DNA of 40,374 bases, taken from the NCBI GenBank assembly GCA_002773695.1, contig PFAJ01000070.1, positions 5,961 through 46,334 of the forward strand, read 5' to 3'. The position numbers were made by a program, and so were the translations under genes. This DNA is from Candidatus Doudnabacteria bacterium CG10_big_fil_rev_8_21_14_0_10_41_10. Lineage in GTDB: Bacteria; Patescibacteriota; Doudnabacteria; UBA920; 2-01-FULL-50-11. The notes under the pieces were generated by a model. That model worked only from the letters and a program-made list of their open reading frames with translations, had not been told where the DNA came from and ran no database searches. Shown in pieces: positions 28,162-35,108 of the stretch. Numbering within the stretch: position 1 is the first letter of the stretch; each line of letters starts with the position of its first letter.

Positions 28162-29145
28162 TTATCCCCGAGAGATAGCAACAATAATATACATTAGATA
28201 AGCAGTAAGCAATACGCCTCCCTCCCATCGCTTGATTATCTGTTTATGAGTAATGGCAAACAACAAGATAATTAAGGAGAAAACAAGCATTATAATAAGA
28301 TCAAGATACCAAGCCGATAAAAATTCGATCGGGCGGATTATTGCGGAAATACCAAGGATTAGAAGTGTGTTAAAAATATTACTACCAACAAGGTTTCCAA
28401 CCGCAATATCAGAATGTTTTTTATAAGCGGCAATTATAGACGTCGTTAATTCAGGCAAGGAGGTTCCAATCGCCACAATAGTCACCCCGATTAACATCTG
28501 GGAAATACCCAAGGCCGACGCAATATTAACAGCGTTATCCACAGTCAGTTTACCACCCAAAAGAACTGCCAATAGCCCACCTAAAACCAGAAAAGTAAGT
28601 TTTACTGAAGAATGGTCTTTATTTGGATAAGCCTCCGCAAATTCTTTTTTTTCAGTGGTTTTTTGTTGCCGACTTTCTTGGATTTCATCAATAAGATAAT
28701 AAATAAACACCGAGAAAATCAACAAAAAGGTGATCCCATCATTCCGGCTCAAAAAATTATCCGTCCCCATGTTAAAAGCTTTATCCATAGCTGCCGCCAG
28801 CAACACCAATCCAGACAGTAACATAAAAGGAATCTCTTTTTTTATGGTAGAGCCTTGGATTTTTAAAGGATATAAAAATGCTGTTAACCCGACGATAAGA
28901 CCAATATTGGCGAGGTTGCTTCCAATAATATTTCCTACAGTTATATCGGTTGCGCCCTGAACAGCCGCTAGAATATTTACAATAAGTTCCGGCGCCGAGG
29001 TTCCAAAAGCTACAATGGTAAGGCCAATCACCAAAGGAGGCACTCCAAACCTTCTGGCTAGCCGAGATGAGCCATCGACTAAATAGTCAGCTCCTTTGAT
29101 CAGGAGGATAAAACCAGCAATAAGGATAAGAATGTCAGTTAGCAT
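28162..29145 (-). CDS. calcium/sodium (CaCA, YrbG-type) antiporter
   Basis: Two alpha-repeats, GNIIGSNLANIGLIVG and GNLVGSNIFNTLLILG. 327 aa and polytopic. Confidence 0.85.
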   Translation of the reverse strand: MLTDILILIAGFILLIKGADYLVDGSSRLARRFGVPPLVIGLTIVAFGTSAPELIVNILAAVQGATDITVGNIIGSNLANIGLIVGLTAFLYPLKIQGSTIKKEIPFMLLSGLVLLAAAMDKAFNMGTDNFLSRNDGITFLLIFSVFIYYLIDEIQESRQQKTTEKKEFAEAYPNKDHSSVKLTFLVLGGLLAVLLGGKLTVDNAVNIASALGISQMLIGVTIVAIGTSLPELTTSIIAAYKKHSDIAVGNLVGSNIFNTLLILGISAIIRPIEFLSAWYLDLIIMLVFSLIILLFAITHKQIIKRWEGGVLLTAYLMYIIVAISRG

Positions 29146-29182
29146 GATATTAAATTCAAAATTTAAAAATCAAAATGTAAAA

Positions 29183-29407
29183 TTACTCCTCGTCCCCTCC
29201 AGCTTTAAACTTGAGTTTAATCTTCTCCATCCGGTTTTCAATTTCAGAAAGACGAGATTTTAATTGCTCGGAAATATTTAGGCCTTCTTCAAATTTTGAA
29301 AGTGATTTTTCCAAATCTAACCCACCCGATTGTAATTCGTCAGTAATTTTTTCCAAGTCGGCAAAAGATTTTTCTAGGCTTGGTTTATTTTTTTGAGTTT
29401 TAGACAT
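29183..29407 (-). CDS. xseB: exodeoxyribonuclease VII small subunit
   Basis: 74 aa, helical, SFADLEKITDELQSGGLDLEKSLSKFEEG, located downstream of xseA. Confidence 0.85.
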   Translation of the reverse strand: MSKTQKNKPSLEKSFADLEKITDELQSGGLDLEKSLSKFEEGLNISEQLKSRLSEIENRMEKIKLKFKAGGDEE

Positions 29408-29446
29408 TGAGAAATTAAAAATTGATTGGAAATTTGAAATTGAAAA

Positions 29447-30655
29447 TTACAAATTTTTCAAACCCCTTACGACAGACGAAATAGTCCCTTTATGAAACTC
29501 TATTTCCAGTTCATCATTTATTTTAACGTCTCCCGCTTGCCTTATTATTTTACCAGATTTTCGTACAATACTGTAGCCTCGTCTTAGGATATCTTTCGGA
29601 CCGAGCGAATGTAAAAGTTTGCGCAAAGACCCATTGCGATTTTTGTATCTTTGTAGTTTGTCGGAAAGCATGGAAAATTCAAACTGAAATTTTTGTCGGG
29701 CTGATTTGATGACAGAAAATTTTTCCAAAATCGTCTCTCGTAAAAGTGAAGTTTGAGTGTTCAATTTATAACCAAGGGCTTCTAGCCGGCACCCTACTAT
29801 TTGTCGTTGGTCGGCAATAGTTTGGTTTATTTCGCTAATTAAATTTTCAGATTTAGGAACCAAGAGTTGCGCAGCATGCGTGGGAGTACTCGCCCGCTTG
29901 TCTGCCGCAAGCTCGGCTAAAGAAACATCGCGTTCGTGGCCAATCCCCACCACCACGGGAATTTTTGATGAAAACACAGCTCTTACGACTTCTTCCGAAT
30001 TAAATTCTTTCAAATCTTCAAGTGATCCTCCACCACGGGTGAGTACCAAAACATCTGGTTTTTCTTTTACCGAATTAAAATATTCAAACGCCGCAAGAAT
30101 TTCCGGAACCGCTTTTTCTCCCTGCACGGCTACCGGAGTAAATATAATTGTGAGTCCTCCCATACGAGAATTTATTTGTCTTATAAAATCGGTATAGGCC
30201 GCCGCTTGCTCCGAAGTAATTAGCCCAATTTTTTCTGGAAACCTTGGTAATGGACGCTTTCTGTTTTCGGAAAAGACTCCTTCTTTTTTCAGTTTAGTTT
30301 TTAATAATTCAAACGCGCGCTTCAACGACCCTTCACCCGAAATCTCAATTTTTTCCACTTGAAAAGAAAATTTGCCGGAGCGGCCAAAGATTTTTGGATA
30401 GCCAAAAATCTTTATTTTCATACCGTCTTCAAGTGGTTGACGGATGCGATAAGTAAGAGAGAAACAGTTTAACGATTCATTATTATCTTTTAGATTAAAC
30501 CAAACAAATTTATTTTGGCTTACCCGAAAATCAGAAATTTCCCCTTCCACAGTTACGCGTAAAGGGGTGACAATATCGTTTACGAATTGGTTGAATTCGG
30601 AAACGGAAAATATTTTATCTTGGATAAGATCAGTAATTTCCATATAGTTTGCCAT
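29447..30655 (-). CDS. xseA: exodeoxyribonuclease VII large subunit
   Basis: An OB-fold N-terminus (FSVSEFNQFVNDIV...FNLKD) followed by the catalytic region. The start is set at the ATG at 30655 (MANYMEITD) or 30643, because the longer track ORF would overlap the upstream SpoU gene. Confidence 0.85.
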   Translation of the reverse strand: MANYMEITDLIQDKIFSVSEFNQFVNDIVTPLRVTVEGEISDFRVSQNKFVWFNLKDNNESLNCFSLTYRIRQPLEDGMKIKIFGYPKIFGRSGKFSFQVEKIEISGEGSLKRAFELLKTKLKKEGVFSENRKRPLPRFPEKIGLITSEQAAAYTDFIRQINSRMGGLTIIFTPVAVQGEKAVPEILAAFEYFNSVKEKPDVLVLTRGGGSLEDLKEFNSEEVVRAVFSSKIPVVVGIGHERDVSLAELAADKRASTPTHAAQLLVPKSENLISEINQTIADQRQIVGCRLEALGYKLNTQTSLLRETILEKFSVIKSARQKFQFEFSMLSDKLQRYKNRNGSLRKLLHSLGPKDILRRGYSIVRKSGKIIRQAGDVKINDELEIEFHKGTISSVVRGLKNL

Positions 30656-30773
30656 CCAGAACTTATAGCCTACTTCACCGAAGTGACTAGCCGACACCGA
30701 CAAAGTAGCCTTTGGATACGACGGCTGGATGAAGGTTGAATTCAGGATCAATAACCTAAATTTAGATTCCGGA

Positions 30774-31241
30774 TCATGTCCAAAATGACGAGATATAGTG
30801 CATAGCAATTCCTGCCGCCACTGACACATTTAGCGACTCTTTTTTACCTTGCATGGGAATTTCAACTATTTTGTCGCAAAGTTTTAAATAGTCTTTTTTT
30901 ATTCCCTTTACTTCCTCACCCAAAAGCAAAGCGCAGGGAAATTTTGGCTTGAATTTATTAAGAGAAATAGTACCAGAAACATTGTTCTCTAACGCAACGA
31001 TTTGAAAATGATATTGTTCGAGCTTGTCGAGAATTCGCTTCAAATGTTTTTGATATTCCCAAGCCACTAATTTTTCCGCTCCCAGCGCGGTTTTTGCCAA
31101 ACGGAAATTTTTCGGAGTGCCGGTATAGCCCGTCAGGATGATTTTATCCACCCCAAAAGCGTCGGCCGTGCGGAAGATTGACCCGACGTTATACAGGCTT
31201 CGAATGTTATGGGAGATGATGTAAAAGAGACCTTTGTACAT
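30774..31241 (-). CDS. SpoU/TrmH-family RNA 2'-O-methyltransferase
   Basis: 155 aa with NVGSIFRTADAFG ... LLGEEVKGI ... ESLNVSVAAGIAM motifs of SPOUT methylases. Confidence 0.75.
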   Translation of the reverse strand: MYKGLFYIISHNIRSLYNVGSIFRTADAFGVDKIILTGYTGTPKNFRLAKTALGAEKLVAWEYQKHLKRILDKLEQYHFQIVALENNVSGTISLNKFKPKFPCALLLGEEVKGIKKDYLKLCDKIVEIPMQGKKESLNVSVAAGIAMHYISSFWT

Positions 31242-31349
31242 ACTTTATTATAGCATTTTACCCTTTCCCGAGCTCGGTTGATTGCGGAGTAATTGTAATA
31301 GTGGAGCCAAAATAAAAAAACCGTCGCTTGAGGCGACGGCAAGAGTTGA

Positions 31350-32104
31350 AGTAGGCTTTTGGCTAGTGTGTGCTGGTCAGTACACCGGTATCGGAACAAC
31401 AGTGGCGCTCTGGTTTTTGGACTGGTTCCAATTACTCTGGGGCTTTTGGGTTTTATCGGTGCAAGTTCAGATGTAGCACTCTCAATGCCGGAAGGTGTAG
31501 ACGCTTCCATGATCGGAGTTTTAGTAGTAGGAAAACTGCTTCCAACTTGGGCGACAACTTTATTTATAATTATGCTTGTCAGCGCTTTAAGTTCTACAAT
31601 CGATTCAGGTTTAAATGCTGCCGCAAGTTTATATTCGACAGATGTTATGAAATATTCACAGCAGGATCGAGATATCATGTTGCGATTCGAGAGGGGTGAA
31701 ATATTATCTGACAAAGAAAAACTTTATAAATATTTATTAGACGCAAAAAGACTTTCTGGATCTCGAACCATGATGGTAGTTTTAACTATTACGGGATTTC
31801 TTGTTGCAATGGGTGTTATTTATATTCCAAGATTTGAACTTTTTCATTTATGGTGGATATTCAATACAATAGCCGCATGTGTTGTGGTTTCCACCATTCT
31901 TAGTTTGTATTGGGAAAGGTTAAATCCAAAAGGTGTATTTTGGGGAGTAATATTTGCTTTTTTATAGGTCTTCCGGTTTTTATTTATAGTAATATTATTC
32001 AAAACAATGTAATAATTGTTTTAAGCGTCTTGGGGATTATAACTGTAACCACGCTTTTTTGTTTGGCTATACCAAAAAAATCTACACAGCCCAATCAGTC
32101 TTAA
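31350..32104 (+). pseudogene. remnant of a sodium:solute symporter (SSS family), N-terminally truncated and frameshifted
   Basis: The frame from 31359 encodes ...LVSALSSTIDSGLNAAASLYS..., an SSS-like C-terminal half, with no room upstream for the missing N-terminal part. The reading frame ends at 31965-31967 just after a T6 run (31958-31963). The final TM segment continues in another frame (31910-32104: ...FFIGLPVFIYS...). Confidence 0.6.
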
Positions 32105-32166
32105 AATTCGTAAAAAAGTCAACTACTCTACCGCGAGCGTTTAGTTCGCGGCATTTTTTTATAAAC

Positions 32167-32197
32167 AAAAAATCCGCCTTTCCGGCGGACTTTTTTG
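32167..32197. terminator. bidirectional terminator hairpin
   Basis: AAAAAA-TCCGCC-TTTCC-GGCGGA-CTTTTTT, immediately 3' of tRNA-Gly on the minus strand. Confidence 0.7.
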
Positions 32198-32201
32198 ACA
32201 A

Positions 32202-32273
32202 AGCGGGTAACGGGAGTCGAACCCGTATCTCGTCCTTGGCAAGGACGCATAATAGCCACTATACGATACCCGC
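32202..32273 (-). tRNA. tRNA-Gly (anticodon GCC)
   Basis: The minus strand reads GCGGGTATCGTATAGTGGCTATTATGCGTCCTTGCCAAGGACGAGATACGGGTTCGACTCCCGTTACCCGCT. Cloverleaf with anticodon loop TTGCCAA and T-loop TTCGACT. No encoded CCA. Confidence 0.9.
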
Positions 32274-32369
32274 TAAAAAAACTAACAATATTAATTTTTT
32301 AATTTACAAGGAATTGAGTATTAGTGAGAGAGAGAAAATGAAATACAAAATTGGAAAAAATTATAATAA

Positions 32370-32448
32370 GGTGCGGGGTGAGCCCATATCCCTGCCGGCG
32401 GCAGGGCATCCTTGGCAAGGACGCATAATACCACTATACGATACCCGA
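32370..32448 (-). pseudogene. orphan tRNA-Gly(GCC)-like 5' part fused to a foreign hairpin and the 13-mer TCACCCCGCACC
   Basis: The minus strand reads TCGGGTATCGTATAGTGGTATTATGCGTCCTTGCCAAGGATG-CCCTGCCGCCGGCAGGG-ATATGGGC-TCACCCCGCACC. The acceptor 5' strand, D arm and anticodon arm are nearly identical to the real gene about 100 nt downstream. The T arm is replaced and there is no matching 3' acceptor strand. Confidence 0.65.
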
Positions 32449-32511
32449 CGAAAAGAATATTTAAATATACTTTCCAATTTTAACTTAAAAACAATCCTTC
32501 TTCAACCCCCC

Positions 32512-32540
32512 TTGACAGATAACTCTATATATGCTAATAT
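32512..32540 (+). promoter_or_regulatory. near-consensus sigma70-type promoter
   Basis: TTGACA (32512-32517), a 17-nt spacer, then TAATAT (32535-32540). Confidence 0.55.
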
Positions 32541-32546
32541 AACATT

Positions 32547-32900
32547 TAAACCTAAATTACCAATTGGTATTGACCGTTGTTATGGGCGTGTCTTTCTTCC
32601 TGATTTTTCAGGGCAGACAGGCCCATCCATCACAGCGGTTAAGTGCTAAAACAGCAATTCTTCACTCGCTCTTTAAATCCGGTAGTGCAACCTCGATTTT
32701 CTGCCTTGCCTTTATGTGGCAAATTCAGAACATTTACCCCAATTTCAAAAGATTTCAGTTTTCAGTAACTTTGTCTGTCAGACGTAGGAGAAATGTGTCG
32801 AGGTTATACTACCGGAGCATAAATATTAATCCCGACTTTTTTTCTGAATAATTTTTGTTTAGGTAAAAAAGTCAGGGAGGAGTTTAAAATTCACTGGTAC
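32547..32900 (+). promoter_or_regulatory. long, highly structured 5' leader or candidate ncRNA upstream of 32901-33482
   Basis: Three long hairpins: 32573-32639 (about 25 bp including CCTGA/TCAGG at the tip); 32678-32816 (19-bp base TCCGGTAGTGCAACCTCGA / TCGAGGTTATACTACCGGA with one wobble and one mismatch); and 32831-32877 (CCCGACTTTTTT / AAAAAAGTCAGGG), which runs into the GGGAGGAG Shine-Dalgarno at 32875-32882. Confidence 0.45.
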
Positions 32901-33482
32901 ATGTTGGCGTTAATTATCTGGGCGCTTTCAGATAAGGAAAACAAACTTTCCTTATCGGAGCAGATGCTAGCCAGTATTGCTCTATCAGCTATGTTGCTCT
33001 GGGTTTTCCCCAACGCAGCGTTAGCCCAAAGTGTTCAGACTACACCACAGCTGGCCTTTGAAATTAAACACCAAAATTATCAAGAGTCACCGCAACCGGT
33101 ATTCCCGCGAGATATTCCTGGCAATAAACTCTTTACCTTAAAAAATTATCTGGCAAGCAAAAATTCCCCTCTTGTCGATCACGTTGAAATATTGTTACTA
33201 CAACGAAACTGGAAAATTGTTTTAGCAATTTCCCAAGCGGAAAGCAATATGTGTAAACGTGAAATCGGCCATAACTGTTGGGGCATCGGCGGTGGCAATC
33301 ATCGTAAATACCCAAGCTATGCCGAAGCGATTGTGGATGCCAACGACGTCGTGCAGAGGTATTTAAACCGCGGACACACCGGCACCAAAAGTATGATGCT
33401 TTACTACGTTGGTTGGGACAACCAATCTTGGGTCGTTGCTACTCAAAATATATTATATCAATTAAATCAAATAGGAATCTAA
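32901..33482 (+). CDS. secreted or membrane-anchored protein, possibly a peptidoglycan glycosidase-like enzyme (weak)
   Basis: 193 aa with an N-terminal hydrophobic signal-like segment ending AALAQS. The segment LAISQAESNMCKREIGHNCWGIGGG loosely resembles muramidase/glucosaminidase catalytic regions. The ATG is 20 nt from the SD, and an in-frame ATT at 32889 is better spaced. Confidence 0.55.
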   Translation: MLALIIWALSDKENKLSLSEQMLASIALSAMLLWVFPNAALAQSVQTTPQLAFEIKHQNYQESPQPVFPRDIPGNKLFTLKNYLASKNSPLVDHVEILLLQRNWKIVLAISQAESNMCKREIGHNCWGIGGGNHRKYPSYAEAIVDANDVVQRYLNRGHTGTKSMMLYYVGWDNQSWVVATQNILYQLNQIGI

Positions 33483-33511
33483 AAAATCCCCCCGTTTGGG
33501 GGGATTTTTTT
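33481..33511. terminator. bidirectional terminator
   Basis: AAAAA-ATCCCCCC-GTTT-GGGGGGAT-TTTTTT. Confidence 0.75.
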
Positions 33512-33512
33512 A

Positions 33513-33622
33513 TTGCTAGGATCATTTGCGACAAAGCAATCACAACCGTGAGATCCCTCGACTCCGCTCGGAATGACAGTGTGTGCGATTGCTTCTCTCC
33601 CTTCGGGAGATCGCAATTACAA
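33513..33622. repeat. GC-rich REP-like palindromic cluster
   Basis: TTGCGACAAAGCAATCACAAC ... CCTCGACTCCGCTCGGAATGACA ... GTGCGATTGCTTCTCTCCCTTCGGGAGATCGCAATTACAAC. It contains several short GC-rich hairpins in an otherwise AT-rich intergenic region. Confidence 0.4.
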
Positions 33623-34060
33623 CTAGTTAAGTTTATTTTTATACTTTTCTAAAAATTCTGGAAGCACCGAATGAAGCTCGCTCTGAGGCGGGATATTATC
33701 CATGCGAAACCATTTTATTTCATCAAATTTATGCGGCTCGTTGTTTTTTACTATTTTTGGATCAACTAATACTTTGTAATCAAGGGCAATCCAGTGGGTC
33801 TTTTGTCCTTCATGTTTCCGGTGGACATCGCGAATACCTAAAAATTCAAAATCCAAAACATCGGTATTGTATTCTTCTTTGATTTCTTTTTGGAGAGTTT
33901 TTTCAACAGTGTCGCCAAACTCCATTCCCCCGCCACCAATATCCCAGCGACCATTTTCATCACGCGCCTGTTTTGATCGCTTGGCCATTATAAAATTGCC
34001 TTTACCATCGTGGCAAAAATAGACTGTGGTCACACCTATATAATCAAATCCTTTTTTCAT
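33623..34060 (-). CDS. NUDIX hydrolase
   Basis: Nudix box GGGGMEFGDTVEKTLQKEIKEEYN. 145 aa. Confidence 0.85.
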   Translation of the reverse strand: MKKGFDYIGVTTVYFCHDGKGNFIMAKRSKQARDENGRWDIGGGGMEFGDTVEKTLQKEIKEEYNTDVLDFEFLGIRDVHRKHEGQKTHWIALDYKVLVDPKIVKNNEPHKFDEIKWFRMDNIPPQSELHSVLPEFLEKYKNKLN

Positions 34061-34177
34061 AACAGGAATCGTTTCCTTACTTTTTTTTAGGCTTTTACTC
34101 CGATTAATGCGAATCGTCCGTATTTCTTTTTAGATTCTCGGATCGATAAGAATGATACGAATAAAGATAAATCCAAC

Positions 34178-34714
34178 TTATAATCTAACTAGCCTGTACT
34201 CCCATCCTGGTCTCCATGCCCAAGGGGTGGTTACCGCCTGCCTTAAAAGGGTCTTATTTATAAAATATTCAAGAGCATATTGTGTTGCCCGGTGACCTAT
34301 TATTAAAACAGTTTTGCCGTCGTATTTTTTTAGTAAGTCTAGCAAAAAAAATTTCATTAGCGTCGTGGTTTATTCATAGCTTTCCCCTTCTGGAAAAGGT
34401 ATTTTTACCTTCCGAGCTTTTTGGTATTTAACCTCGGCGCTTGGTCGTTTGGTCATCTTCCCGTAATCAATCTCCGAAAGTCTTTTGTCAATAATTATCG
34501 GGATACGATTTTCGAATGCGATTTTTCCCGTATCCAAAGATTTTTTTAGATTGGAACAAAAAACCGCGTCGGGTAAATTATTTTTATACCTATCCCCCAA
34601 TTGTTTCGCTTGCGTCTCACCTAGTTTGGAGAGTTCTATATCATAGTGACCTGAGGCAAGTCCTTTTTCATTGTTCAAAGTTGTACCGTGTGCTTCAAAA
34701 ATGATAGTAATCAT
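34178..34714 (-). pseudogene. histidine phosphatase (phosphoglycerate-mutase-like) family gene interrupted by an in-frame TAA
   Basis: The N-terminal part (34373-34714) ends ...PEGESYE, followed by TAA at 34370-34372. The same frame then continues TTTLMKFFLLDLLKKYDGKTVLIIGHRATQYALEYF...RLVRL to the stop at 34178-34180. The canonical RHG motif reads EAHGTT, so the catalytic Arg is replaced by Ala. Confidence 0.7.
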
Positions 34715-34815
34715 TTCGTTTTATTCTACGTGAAACAATTGTAAAACACTCTTAATCGGGGCGCTGGGAGTTGATCCGCCTAGGCGGACTACACGCGCCT
34801 TTACCCCGTTAAACA

Positions 34816-34886
34816 TCGGGATGCCGGGAATCGAACCCGGTCTTCACGCACCCGAAGCGCGCGTACTACCGGTATACTACATCCCG
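34816..34886 (-). tRNA. tRNA-Pro (anticodon CGG)
   Basis: The minus strand reads CGGGATGTAGTATACCGGTAGTACGCGCGCTTCGGGTGCGTGAAGACCGGGTTCGATTCCCGGCATCCCGA. Anticodon loop TTCGGGT with G37, T-loop TTCGATT. Confidence 0.9.
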
Positions 34887-35031
34887 ATGATGTCTAACGG
34901 GGCGAACGTACGTTTTTTATTTTGTGAAATTTTTTAAAAGAAATTTGTTCCGGTTAAATTCCCTCCCCCGATCTCGTTTCCATGAGATTTTTTGAGCTTT
35001 ACCCCCGGCGGAATTTCACCCCGCACCTTTT

Positions 35032-35103
35032 TCTCCCCACCAGGAATCGAACCTGGATCTAGGGCTTAGGAGTCCCTTGTTCTATCCATTGAACTACGGG
35101 GAG
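35032..35103 (-). tRNA. tRNA-Arg (anticodon CCT)
   Basis: The minus strand reads CTCCCCGTAGTTCAATGGATAGAACAAGGGACTCCTAAGCCCTAGATCCAGGTTCGATTCCTGGTGGGGAGA. Anticodon loop CTCCTAA. It closely parallels the E. coli argW layout as I remember it. Confidence 0.88.
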
Positions 35104-35108
35104 CAAAA

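Noticed and set aside
31133-31714. 193-aa minus-strand ORF.
   Set aside because: It is antisense to the symporter remnant, whose translation carries a recognisable SSS motif, and it overlaps the 5' end of the SpoU gene. It is low-complexity Ser/Pro/Thr-rich.
32059-32649. 196-aa plus-strand ORF in the track.
   Set aside because: It runs straight through the tRNA-Gly gene, the orphan tRNA copy, a terminator and the promoter. It has no coding-like features.
32564-32851. 95-aa plus-strand ORF inside the structured leader.
   Set aside because: It has no SD, it spans the arms of two long helices, and it has an odd composition. It is treated as non-coding, though a small peptide cannot be strictly excluded.
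34370-34372. In-frame TAA as evidence for an alternative genetic code.
   Set aside because: TAA, TAG and TGA all terminate otherwise full-length conserved genes in this window, so the standard code fits. A single interrupted gene is better explained by a nonsense mutation or a sequencing error.
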